DNA of 64,000 bases from Patescibacteria group bacterium UBA924 (GTDB lineage: Bacteria; Patescibacteriota; Microgenomatia; UBA1400; PJMF01): positions 2,700 through 66,699 of the forward strand of contig DBDU01000023.1 of assembly GCA_002293725.1 (NCBI GenBank), in the 5' to 3' direction. Positions within the stretch are counted from its first letter, which is position 1; each line of letters starts with the position of its first letter. A model generated the notes under the pieces. It was given only the letters and a program-made list of their open reading frames with translations. It did no database searches and was not told the origin of the DNA. Positions 55,473 through 64,000 of the stretch are shown piece by piece. The position numbers were made by a program, and so were the translations under genes.

Positions 55473-57296
55473 CTAGCGTGCTTTTGTCTCGATTTCTTTC
55501 TTCATCTGCTCGATGAGCTTGGAGAGACGGAGCAAGCCAAGGTCTTTATTTCCGCGTTGGCGAACACTAATGGTTTGATCTTCCACTTCTTGTTTGCCAA
55601 TAATAATCATATACGGTACTTTTTCTTTCTCAGCACGACGAATACGCTTCTGCATGCTCTCGGCTTCATTCCAGTTCTCCACTCTGATGTTAGCTGCTTT
55701 GAGCTCTGCTACCAGCGACTCAGCATACTCATGCTGATCTTGAGAGATAGGAATGACAACGGCTTGCACAGGTGCTAGCCAAAGTGGGAACGCCCCACCA
55801 AACTTCTCAATCAAGAAAGCCATGATGCGCTCAATTGCACCGATTGACGAACGATGAATCACAATTGGCTCTTCTTCCTTGCCTTCCTCGTTGATGTACT
55901 TCAACTCAAAACGTTTAGGCATGACAAAGTCATACTGGACGGTAAATGCTGTCTCTTCTTTGCCATGAACGTTCTTCATCTGGACATCGATCTTTGGTCC
56001 GTAGAAAGCGGCTTCTTGCTCGGCTTCTACATAGATAGATTGACGCTCTTTGAGTACTTTACGTAGGACTTCTTCGGCAAAGTCCCAAGAGGCATCATCT
56101 TTGTAGTACTTCTTGTCATCGGCACGATCTCCCAAAGAGAGGCGGAAGTGATAGTCGTCACCCGCTTTGAGCCCCCATAGCCCTGCAACGTACTCAATGA
56201 GATCCAAGACAGCATTAATTTCTTGGTTAGCTTGGCTCTTGCGGGCAATGATGTGGGCATCTGCCAAACAGAACGTTCGTACGCGCATTAAGCCAGTTAA
56301 CTCGCCTGATTTTTCGTAGCGATACAACTGAGCTAGCTCGGCCAACCGCATTGGCAGCTCTTTGTAGCTATGTGGCTGTGACTTATAGATCTCAAAATGA
56401 TGCGGACACGTCATTGGCCGCAACATGAACTCTTCGTCATCGATCTTGATTGGGGCGTACATTGTTTCTTTGTAGTACGGATAGTGACCCGATGTTTTGT
56501 ACAGGTCCAGTAACGCCAAGTCTGGGGTATTAACGTGTAAGTATCCTCGTTTAATCTCCTCATCAACAACAAATCTCTCTAACTCACGACGAACGGTGGC
56601 GCCTTTTGGAGTCCAGAGTGGCAACCCTTTGCCGATCAGGTCGGAAAACGTAAAGAGGCCAAGTTCTGCACCCAGTTTGCGATGATCGTTTTGTTTGGCT
56701 CGCTCCAGCTGTTCAAGATACGCATCAAGCTCTTCTTGAGAGTTAAACGCCGTTCCATAGATACGCGTTAACATCTTGTTTTTCTCATCGCCATGCCAGT
56801 AGGCTCCTGCCACTGAAAGTAGCTTGAAAGCTTTAATTGCGCCCGTCGACTCTGCGTGTGGTCCACTGCACAGATCCACCATCGAACCTTTTTCGCCAGG
56901 TTTGCCTGTCCAGTAAATCGTCACTTTTTCACCGCGTTTTTCGATCTCATCCACCCACTCCATCTTGTAAGGGTTGTCGCCAAACAGTTTGCGAGCTTCT
57001 GCTGGAGAGACCTCTTGGCAGATCATGGGTAAGTTACGCTTAATAATCTCCCGCATCCGTTTTTCAATCTTCGGGAAGTTGGCTTCGGAGATAACTACTT
57101 TCACGCCTTCTTTGGGACTGCCATCAAAGTCAAAGTAAAAACCGTCTTCGGTAGCTGGTCCCATCGCTAAGAGAATCTCTGGATAGAGCTCCTTAACGGC
57201 TTGATGCAAAACGTGCTCTGCAGTATGACGAACTGCCCAGAGTTGTTGCTCTTTTGCTGACTTCTGGCTCAGTGCTTCGTCCAGTTTTTGTGACAT
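55473..57296 (-). CDS. thrS: Threonine--tRNA ligase (no TGS domain)
   Basis: RHTAEH and DLCSGPH editing domain, DHRKLG, RPMTCPHH, RYEKSGEL, AFYGPKID, PLWLAPVQ. Confidence 0.98.
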   Translation of the reverse strand: MSQKLDEALSQKSAKEQQLWAVRHTAEHVLHQAVKELYPEILLAMGPATEDGFYFDFDGSPKEGVKVVISEANFPKIEKRMREIIKRNLPMICQEVSPAEARKLFGDNPYKMEWVDEIEKRGEKVTIYWTGKPGEKGSMVDLCSGPHAESTGAIKAFKLLSVAGAYWHGDEKNKMLTRIYGTAFNSQEELDAYLEQLERAKQNDHRKLGAELGLFTFSDLIGKGLPLWTPKGATVRRELERFVVDEEIKRGYLHVNTPDLALLDLYKTSGHYPYYKETMYAPIKIDDEEFMLRPMTCPHHFEIYKSQPHSYKELPMRLAELAQLYRYEKSGELTGLMRVRTFCLADAHIIARKSQANQEINAVLDLIEYVAGLWGLKAGDDYHFRLSLGDRADDKKYYKDDASWDFAEEVLRKVLKERQSIYVEAEQEAAFYGPKIDVQMKNVHGKEETAFTVQYDFVMPKRFELKYINEEGKEEEPIVIHRSSIGAIERIMAFLIEKFGGAFPLWLAPVQAVVIPISQDQHEYAESLVAELKAANIRVENWNEAESMQKRIRRAEKEKVPYMIIIGKQEVEDQTISVRQRGNKDLGLLRLSKLIEQMKKEIETKAR

Positions 57297-57349
57297 ACGT
57301 TCCTCTCTGCCTATGGCAGCTATTGTACTTGATCTCTAAACCTGTAGAC

Positions 57350-57379
57350 AAACAAAAACCCCTCCGTGAGGAGGGGCTT
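57350..57379 (-). terminator. Attenuator terminator upstream of thrS
   Basis: AAGCCCCTCC-TCAC-GGAGGGGTTT-TTGTTT on the minus strand. Confidence 0.85.
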
Positions 57380-57407
57380 GGATGCTACGTTTTAGATTCC
57401 GCTTACA

Positions 57408-57473
57408 TCAAAACCCCACCTCAGTTGTGGTGGTTGTAGTTTGAGTGGTAGCGGTGTGTGAATTTCTTAACAC
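57408..57473 (-). CDS. Thr-rich leader peptide of thrS (MLRNSHTATTQTTTTTTEVGF)
   Basis: GTG start 8 nt after TATAAT; 9 Thr codons including 6 consecutive; stop lies within the antiterminator strand. Confidence 0.88.
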   Translation of the reverse strand: MLRNSHTATTQTTTTTTEVGF

Positions 57474-57500
57474 GAGAAGAGATTATACAATATCGCGGAT

Positions 57501-58976
57501 ATGAAGTGGACATTGCCTGGATTATGGTTGGGATACTTGCTGCTGATGGCTTTTTTGCTGTGGTTAGGCACAGGGATTTTTTTTACTGATCCTTACTTCC
57601 AGTGGACTCGAGTTACCAGTCCATATAAGACAGTGATTGATGAACACGGAGTGATTAAGTTGGAAGAAGTACACACTCCTACTTTTAGAACTGACTGGTT
57701 TTCAAGGATGACTGCACTCACTCGTACGGGTTTGCGAATTGTGATGTACCGATGGTTGCCGGAGCCTAGTTTGGGAAGGACTGAAACAGAAGTAGTCCAG
57801 CAGCTTCATCAACTTCGATTTAATCCTGAGAAACCGTATGTCATTACTGGGGCTCATTACTCCGACCTCTATGTGCGCAACCTAGGCATTTTTTTTAATG
57901 AGCTGCTTAATCCAGCCATCGGGACCGAAGAAGATCTCCTACTCAGGCGCCGGATTGCTTTACAAACAGTGGCTCTGGATGTGGCTTACTTACGTGCTAA
58001 CGGTAAGTTGGTAACGACGATTGTGCCACTAGGTGGAAGTCAGTTTACGGGACTGAACATTTATGCTGAGCCGTCAGACTCTCTACATGGGGTTCTGTAT
58101 ACGCTCCAAACGTTGCGCCAGTCGGCTCCCAGCAGACCCACTGCTTTAAAACTTGTTCATGATAATAAAGTTGCGTTGCAGCAAGAACTGCACCGTTATC
58201 TGCTGACAGTGATTGACCCAGAAACACTTGTAGTACGTAGAGACGTGGTGTTGTCAGGTGCTAGAGATGGAGTAAAACGCCAGGCTGCTTTCTTTGACAG
58301 CGTTATTGCCTGGAAGACGGTGAGCTTGGCGCGTCAACTTGACCTGGTTGACGAAGCGACGTGGCCAGTAGAGTTACGACCCTTGTTAGATGAGGATAGC
58401 TGGAAAGAGAAGATCATTGCGCAGTACTGGCAGGAAGACAAAGGTTACTTTGCTAATGACCTTAGTGATACGACTGATCGTCCTTTTGGTGGAGATAGTT
58501 TAGTAGCATTCTCTACTGGCTTTTTAAATCCTAAAAAACCCCAGGACTTGGCAAAGCTGCAACGCATGGTTGCCCATATTCAACAAGAAAAGTTAGATCA
58601 ACCATTTCCCCTGGGTTACTCTCGTTCTAATACCCAAAATGAGATGCACTTAACGGTTAAGGTATTTGCACCTGGCTATATGGGCGAGGGCATTTGGAGT
58701 CATTGGGGAATTGAGTACATTAAGGTCTTATTGGCATTGAGCCAAACTCGGACTGAACACGCGTGTCGGTACTTGGGTCAGGCAAGGGACTTCCTGGCTA
58801 AGTATGAACAGAACATTATCCAGTCAGGTGGATATCCAGAGTTGTACCAGAAAAATGGTCAACTTTTTCAGACGCTAGCGCTTCGTTCCGTTCTCCACTC
58901 TGGTTGGGTAGTCAACTACGAAGCGGCGCAAGTAGTAGCAAAACGATACTTGAGTACGACTAGCTGCCAATTTTGA
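57501..58976 (+). CDS. Membrane-anchored six-hairpin glycosidase-like protein
   Basis: N-terminal TM; LYVRN, D-S-L-H-G, YW..KGYF, GGYPELY resemble (alpha/alpha)6 GH15/GH63-like enzymes. Confidence 0.6.
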   Translation: MKWTLPGLWLGYLLLMAFLLWLGTGIFFTDPYFQWTRVTSPYKTVIDEHGVIKLEEVHTPTFRTDWFSRMTALTRTGLRIVMYRWLPEPSLGRTETEVVQQLHQLRFNPEKPYVITGAHYSDLYVRNLGIFFNELLNPAIGTEEDLLLRRRIALQTVALDVAYLRANGKLVTTIVPLGGSQFTGLNIYAEPSDSLHGVLYTLQTLRQSAPSRPTALKLVHDNKVALQQELHRYLLTVIDPETLVVRRDVVLSGARDGVKRQAAFFDSVIAWKTVSLARQLDLVDEATWPVELRPLLDEDSWKEKIIAQYWQEDKGYFANDLSDTTDRPFGGDSLVAFSTGFLNPKKPQDLAKLQRMVAHIQQEKLDQPFPLGYSRSNTQNEMHLTVKVFAPGYMGEGIWSHWGIEYIKVLLALSQTRTEHACRYLGQARDFLAKYEQNIIQSGGYPELYQKNGQLFQTLALRSVLHSGWVVNYEAAQVVAKRYLSTTSCQF

Positions 58977-59003
58977 CGAACTTTGTTACAATACGTACTC
59001 TGA

Positions 59004-59080
59004 GACCGCGTAGCTCAGTTGGTTAGAGCGCCACATTGACATTGTGGAGGCCAGGGGTTCGAGTCCCTTCGCGGTCACCA
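59004..59080 (+). tRNA. tRNA-Val(GAC), CCA encoded
   Basis: Acceptor GACCGCG/CGCGGTC-A-CCA; anticodon arm CCACA-TTGACAT-TGTGG; GGTTCGAGTCC. Confidence 0.96.
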
Positions 59081-59100
59081 GTTCTGTATACTGACTGCAG

Positions 59101-60501
59101 ATGCAGTTTCCCATCTCAAACCAAAAACGTAATCTTGCTTGGCATAACTTTGCTGTTGTACTGTGCGGTCTTTTTACGTTGGCAGCGATCTTGGTCTCTT
59201 TACATCGATTCTGGCAGTACGAGACGCAGTACTACGACTTCGGTATCTTTGATACGGCAATTCGAAAGGTAGCAAAGTTTCAGCCACCAACCATTGACCA
59301 CTTCATTGTTGAAGATAAGTTGATTTGGGCGGATCACTTTCACCCAGCTATCTTTTTATTAAGCCCTCTGTACTGGTTTACTTCTCGGAGTGAAGTTCTT
59401 CTGATCGTTCAAGCTGTGGCTGTAGGAATGAGTGGATATGTGCTTTATCGGACTGCTCAGTTCGTGCTCAAAGATAACCTCCTTAGTTTAGCTGTTTTGG
59501 TCTCTTACTTGCTCTTCGTCGGTTTACAAAACGCACTGATTACCGACTTTCATGAGATTACGGTGGCGACTTTGCCCTTAATGTTGACGTACTGGGCAGT
59601 ACTTACCGAACGGAAACGATGGTTCGTCTTCTTTTTTGTCTTGACGTTGGCCTTTAAAGAGCTGCTCTTTCCGCTTGGCTTGGGTTTGTCGTTGTTTGTT
59701 TATCTTTATCGACCCAGCTGGAAAAAATTAGCCGCTTTGGCAGCGGGTTACTCTGTGTTGTGGGGGGTGGTGACGATGAAAGTAATCATTCCTTACTTCT
59801 CGGGTGGACTTTATCAGTATGCACCAAAGGCAACTTCACTTGGTGAGTTAGTCGGGCAGCTATTCTCACCCATGATCAAGCTTAAAACGACTTTTCAAAT
59901 CTTTTGGAGCTTCTTGTTTTTACCGCTCCTCTATTTGCCTACCCTGCCGATTATTTTCTTGAATTTAGGAATGCGTTTTATCTCAGGGAGCAACAATCAT
60001 TGGGATCTGGGTTTTCATTACAATGCGGAGTTGGCACCAACCCTTGCAATCAGTACCGTACTTGCACTAAGTCTGCTGCAAAAGAAACTACCCAAGCCTG
60101 TGGTGGTTGGTGTGGCAGGATTGCTGATTCTGAATAGTTTAGTGCTTTATCGTTTTGTGTTGCGAGGTCCGTTAGCCCTCGCCTATAACCCCGCTTTTTA
60201 TGCTCACACTCAAAACTTTAGGTACTTGGATGAGTTAGTGGCTCGTGTTCCAGCTGGCAAAAGTGTAATGACTCAAAATAACTTAGCGCCTCGATTTACT
60301 GATCGGCACGTCAAGCTTTTACGAGCAAACTATCAGGACTATCAACCCGAAATCATTGTGCTTGATCTTCGGGATGGCCAGAATCCCAACAACTTTATGG
60401 GGGTGCCAGACATTCAAGAAGTGCTGCAACGTATTCAGGTTGACCCAGCCTATACTGTTCTCTATCAAGAAGGTCAGCGCTACATCTTTGCGCGAAAGTA
60501 A
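59101..60501 (+). CDS. DUF2079-like GT-C membrane protein
   Basis: YDFGIFD, DHFHP, LLIVQA, DFHE, KE, FHY motifs; multiple TM. Confidence 0.8.
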   Translation: MQFPISNQKRNLAWHNFAVVLCGLFTLAAILVSLHRFWQYETQYYDFGIFDTAIRKVAKFQPPTIDHFIVEDKLIWADHFHPAIFLLSPLYWFTSRSEVLLIVQAVAVGMSGYVLYRTAQFVLKDNLLSLAVLVSYLLFVGLQNALITDFHEITVATLPLMLTYWAVLTERKRWFVFFFVLTLAFKELLFPLGLGLSLFVYLYRPSWKKLAALAAGYSVLWGVVTMKVIIPYFSGGLYQYAPKATSLGELVGQLFSPMIKLKTTFQIFWSFLFLPLLYLPTLPIIFLNLGMRFISGSNNHWDLGFHYNAELAPTLAISTVLALSLLQKKLPKPVVVGVAGLLILNSLVLYRFVLRGPLALAYNPAFYAHTQNFRYLDELVARVPAGKSVMTQNNLAPRFTDRHVKLLRANYQDYQPEIIVLDLRDGQNPNNFMGVPDIQEVLQRIQVDPAYTVLYQEGQRYIFARK

Positions 60502-60514
60502 TTTTTTTCCCGAG

Positions 60515-60745
60515 TTGAAAACCAAAATCCGCAGCCTATAATTCGAGGTCTGTCCGAGATATCTCCGCTCTGCACAAATAGAGCATATGCACTTTATTCT
60601 GTAAGAGCGAAGAATCGCCCTTTCACATCAAGACACAATAGCCGAAAGGCTATCCACTGTGGGTAGTGAAGAAGACCTCACTGCGTCGCCGCGACATCTC
60701 ACTTTGTATCTCGAGTTGCATCACACTTAAAGGAGTGGAGATATG
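60515..60745 (+). promoter_or_regulatory. Promoter and long structured 5' leader
   Basis: TTGAAA-N16-TATAAT; several hairpins; 60559-60571 complementary to RBS/start 60732-60744. Confidence 0.55.
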
Positions 60746-61636
60746 CAATCAGGATTACCCCAAAACCATGTCATCGCCCGACGCGAAGCTGCACAGCAAG
60801 AACAGCAGCAACGCCAAATCAAAGTTCGTCTTTATGCAGAGGCGAATACCGTCTATGTGGAACTCGCGTACCAAGAATGGCTGCGCCAATTTGGACGTGA
60901 GGACACTCCAGAAAGCTTTGCGCTGTTCGCCGACGCTGTATCTGGAAACCCCCAGAACTGGCAGCACGTCCAGCACATTTACACACTCTCATACGCTGAG
61001 GCGCTCCAGCGCTTGGGTGTGACAGAGTGGCCCCAACTTGGACGGCAGCTACGGCCTACGACGCTGCCCTCTTCGCCCCAAACCACAAGTGAAGCAACAG
61101 GGGCATCTCCGCCGAAACGTCGAGTTAAAGAAATACGAAGCGAAGCCGTCAAGTTTCAGATGGTCGAGTTCTTTGAGACCGAGCCGGGACAGTGGGCGTT
61201 CCTGTTCTTCTTTATTATCCTGACGTTGATTGATTTAATCACCAACGTTTGGATGTTGACCGGTCGCCTAGAGCTGGACGACGCTATCGCCAGTGCGAGT
61301 ATTTGGCACTGGCTACTGGGCTTCGTGCTGGTTTTCACGGAGATGTACTTTGCCATGGCGCGGGCGCTCATCAAACGCGCTGGCAAAGTGGAGGCTTCTC
61401 AGCGGCTAATTTTGTACGGCATGTTGGTAGCCACCATCATCGCGGTCCTGTATGACTTGGCGGCGACTTTCCTGCCCCCTTACAACCTGCTGGCGGCAAA
61501 TGGCGATCCGGCATCCATTATCGGTGGCATCGTGCTGGGCACGTTGCTGGCAGTGGTCACGACAGTCGGCTCCAGCAAGCTGTTCGAGCAGATCTTCATC
61601 TGCATTGAGCTGCGTCGTCAGGCTCGTCGTGGGTAA
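60743..61636 (+). CDS. Hypothetical protein with soluble N-domain and four C-terminal TM helices
   Basis: AAGGAG RBS; GC-richer than flanks; own promoter and terminator. Confidence 0.75.
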   Translation: MQSGLPQNHVIARREAAQQEQQQRQIKVRLYAEANTVYVELAYQEWLRQFGREDTPESFALFADAVSGNPQNWQHVQHIYTLSYAEALQRLGVTEWPQLGRQLRPTTLPSSPQTTSEATGASPPKRRVKEIRSEAVKFQMVEFFETEPGQWAFLFFFIILTLIDLITNVWMLTGRLELDDAIASASIWHWLLGFVLVFTEMYFAMARALIKRAGKVEASQRLILYGMLVATIIAVLYDLAATFLPPYNLLAANGDPASIIGGIVLGTLLAVVTTVGSSKLFEQIFICIELRRQARRG

Positions 61637-61654
61637 GTTGTGTTTTGAAGTAAA

Positions 61655-61685
61655 GAAAAAGACCCTACCGTTGTGTAGGGTCTTT
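61655..61685. terminator. Bidirectional terminator between convergent genes
   Basis: AAAGACCCTAC-CGTTGT-GTAGGGTCTTT. Confidence 0.75.
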
Positions 61686-61696
61686 GAGTATAGAGA

Positions 61697-62125
61697 TTAT
61701 TTGCTCACAATTTTGTACTTGTATAGATGGCGGTGTTCTTCGTCTTCAATATGAACAGTGTCAGATCCATACTCTTTAATTGTGAATCGGTAGCCGGAGC
61801 CCACACCAGTGACATAGGAACTATCAAGCGCATGAATATCTACTTTTTCAGCTGGACGCTCTTCAGTCATCATGACGGTTCCGTGTTTAATAATGGGAGC
61901 TGAGTTTTTGACGTTGTATCGGTTACCTTCGTCTAGATAAATGTCTAACCGTTCCGTTGAGATCTCCCGAACGGCAAAGTAACGCTTTTTACGCAGTTGA
62001 TTATCTTCGTCGTATGTTTCGACGACGAAAGTTTTATTCGTGATCGGTTTTTGGGAAGAGTGAACTTTCCACGAGTAGTAGATGTTATAAATCAAAGCAA
62101 GGCTAGCGCGTTCAAATCCAGTCAT
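61697..62125 (-). CDS. Hypothetical protein
   Basis: 142-aa ORF; TAAAAT 6 nt before ATG. Confidence 0.6.
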   Translation of the reverse strand: MTGFERASLALIYNIYYSWKVHSSQKPITNKTFVVETYDEDNQLRKKRYFAVREISTERLDIYLDEGNRYNVKNSAPIIKHGTVMMTEERPAEKVDIHALDSSYVTGVGSGYRFTIKEYGSDTVHIEDEEHRHLYKYKIVSK

Positions 62126-62170
62126 ATACGTATTTTACCTTATGAAAGGAAGCTGTGTCCGAAAGAAAGG

Positions 62171-62791
62171 TTAACCACCTGCACGAGCAAGTTGTCGTTC
62201 GTGGTGCATGGTATCCCAAACATTTTTAGTCTGAGAGTGACCTTTAGCCTTAAAGTTAAGGCCCGCTTGTTTAGACTTTTTGCCACTCAACGTAGTAGCC
62301 CAAGTGCGTGCACTGTGAACTTTTTGTCGAATTAAAATGATGAACTCTTTAAGCTTGGCAAAGTACCCTTTGGCTCCTTTTCCAGACTCACCTACTTCAA
62401 CGATGTTACTCATCACTGCGACTTCAATATCTTTAGCGAAGCCATCGAGCTCTTTGGTCAGCAACTCTAACTCATGACGAATAGCTTCAAGCTCTTGTTT
62501 AACTTGTTGTTTTCGAGAGTCAAAAATGTCTTTTTGGTCAACGGGATTTACTCTGCGATGGAGTTCTTGGCGCATTCTTTCACGGCGCTGTTGCTCCAAA
62601 ACTTGACGTTGCTGTTCGGCGGGATTGAAGATTTCTTGAGAGGATTTTTTTTCTGTCGAAGGAGTATTTTCTTGTGTCGGCATGCCATCATCTTGACCCA
62701 TAGCACCTCTAGCCTCAGCGAGCGCTCTCGCGAAAGGGTTGACGCCACTTGGTTGTGGTCGATGTGCTGATGGGTGACCGTGCGTTTGCAT
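62171..62791 (-). CDS. DUF5660-like coiled-coil protein (CPR-typical)
   Basis: ELEAIRHEL coiled coil, G..YF.KL...I..IRQKVHSARTW, ER..ARAG end; recalled family, not searched. Confidence 0.6.
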   Translation of the reverse strand: MQTHGHPSAHRPQPSGVNPFARALAEARGAMGQDDGMPTQENTPSTEKKSSQEIFNPAEQQRQVLEQQRRERMRQELHRRVNPVDQKDIFDSRKQQVKQELEAIRHELELLTKELDGFAKDIEVAVMSNIVEVGESGKGAKGYFAKLKEFIILIRQKVHSARTWATTLSGKKSKQAGLNFKAKGHSQTKNVWDTMHHERQLARAGG

Positions 62792-62889
62792 CTATTTTCC
62801 TACACAAACAACACCTTCAAGGAAGGCTGCTGATATTATAGGCCTAAATACTCGAGGTGTCAACTATATTGAAGTATAGCGCACTTTCT

Positions 62890-63915
62890 TTAAAGTGAAA
62901 GCAGATGCTTGACGATTTTTTGTTTGGCAATCGTATTAAAAATGTAGCTACGGTAGTCGTTATTTGCTTCTTGTTCTTTGGTTAACTTATCGCCAAAGAC
63001 TTGTTTCATCATCTCGTCAATTTCTTTATCTTCAACCGTAATTTTTTCCATCTTCCCAATCTCTGCCAAAATGAACTCTAGTTGCAAGGAAGTAGCAGCT
63101 GCGCTTAAGTACTCCAGGCGAAGCTGCTCGGCGGTCATACTGCGGGATTTTAGGTAGTTTTCTACCGACAGCTTGAGCTGCTCGAGCTGATCCAACAGAC
63201 GGCGAATCTCGCGATCTGCCTCACGGCGAACCAGTAGTTCAGGGATCTGAGGTTTGATCTCCTCCACTAGATGTCTGAAAATTTGGCGAGTGCGTAAGTC
63301 ATCTTTCTGATTGTCTGTTAGTGTTGTTGGCGTCGATGTCTCTTTTGCATCGGCGGTTTCTTTGGAATCAGCCGTATCTTTATCTTTTTTGGTAGCTTTC
63401 TTTTCGGCGGCTTTTTTTGCTAACTCGGCTTCTTGGTCAGCGATGTCTTTTTCGCTAGCTTTTTTAGCCTTTTTAACAACCTCTTGGTACTTCCCGAGCT
63501 TAATTTCGGGAGTCTCGGCAAAGTGTGCTGTCAGCAGCCAGTCCTTGCCTTTCTCTACTTCATTGGGCTCAACTTCTGGTTGGGAGATAGGATGCTTATC
63601 AGCAGCTTTGACCGCGTCGGCATATGCTGAAGGGAGAATGCTCTGCAGTACGTACTCAACTAAAGCGCTTTGGTCAACCATGCCTTCGACCAGAGAGAGC
63701 GGAACTTTGCCTTTGCGAAAACCATCTGTTTTAGCATTTTGGGCATAACGACGCAGTGCTTTTTGATACGCTGGCTCGACAGTGGTCCAAGGAAGCTTAA
63801 CCGTAACGCTAGAGTTAGGGGCGATTGGCAGCGAATGATGTTGGTGATCATGCCCATCGGCGTGATCGTGAGTATGGGTATGGTCTGAGTGAGGGGTAGT
63901 TTTAGCTTTAGTCAT
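62890..63915 (-). CDS. tig: Trigger factor (N- and C-domains, no FKBP domain)
   Basis: DGFRKGKVP ribosome-binding loop, IPELLV, ILAEIGKMEKITV; His-rich N-terminus; ATG 63915 lies 7 nt after TATAAT. Confidence 0.9.
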   Translation of the reverse strand: MTKAKTTPHSDHTHTHDHADGHDHQHHSLPIAPNSSVTVKLPWTTVEPAYQKALRRYAQNAKTDGFRKGKVPLSLVEGMVDQSALVEYVLQSILPSAYADAVKAADKHPISQPEVEPNEVEKGKDWLLTAHFAETPEIKLGKYQEVVKKAKKASEKDIADQEAELAKKAAEKKATKKDKDTADSKETADAKETSTPTTLTDNQKDDLRTRQIFRHLVEEIKPQIPELLVRREADREIRRLLDQLEQLKLSVENYLKSRSMTAEQLRLEYLSAAATSLQLEFILAEIGKMEKITVEDKEIDEMMKQVFGDKLTKEQEANNDYRSYIFNTIAKQKIVKHLLSL

Positions 63916-64000
63916 GGGGGGCATTATACCTTATCTGGAGAGCAGGACGTCACCCTCGCATCGTTAGGGCGTTTCTACTATTATAAGAGCAGGCATGAAA

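Noticed and set aside
57296-57480. T-box riboswitch before thrS or tyrS
   Set aside because: No AGGGUGGNACCGCG T-box consensus or Stem I; the leaders are short and the sORFs explain the structure.
1-64000. Alternative genetic code (UGA=Gly), prophage, IS elements, rRNA
   Set aside because: Conserved genes are full length under code 11 and several ORFs end at TGA; no transposase, integrase, phage or rRNA signatures were seen.

Overview
64 kb of a small-genome bacterial chromosome. Gene content suggests Patescibacteria/CPR, probably Microgenomates (inference from the DUF5660-like protein, NDT-RHH proteins, short PheT, FKBP-less trigger factor, and a pilus locus with no secretin here); it uses standard code 11. 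The window holds gyrB-ppa-gyrA, holB, a large type IV pilus locus (pilB, pilT, pilC, pilD, pilins, pilX/M/N/O) split by a ~10 kb block (reversed pilW-like gene, thrombospondin-repeat adhesin, secreted proteins, divergent SecA paralogue, two NDT-RHH proteins), many translation genes (rpsP, rpmF, rplT, rpmI, infC, tyrS, pheST, thrS, tig), cell-envelope genes and two tRNAs (Ala-GGC, Val-GAC). The strongest unannotated signal is two short, near-leaderless leader-peptide ORFs absent from the ORF track. One is Thr-rich (9/21 codons) before thrS and one is Tyr-rich (YYY..Y) before tyrS. Each has a terminator/antiterminator pair of the same design, suggesting ribosome-mediated attenuation of aminoacyl-tRNA synthetase genes. 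Other highlights are an AlaX editing domain fused to PheS, frequent leaderless promoters, and a structured ~195-nt leader that can pair over its own RBS. All calls were made by eye; no database searches were run.
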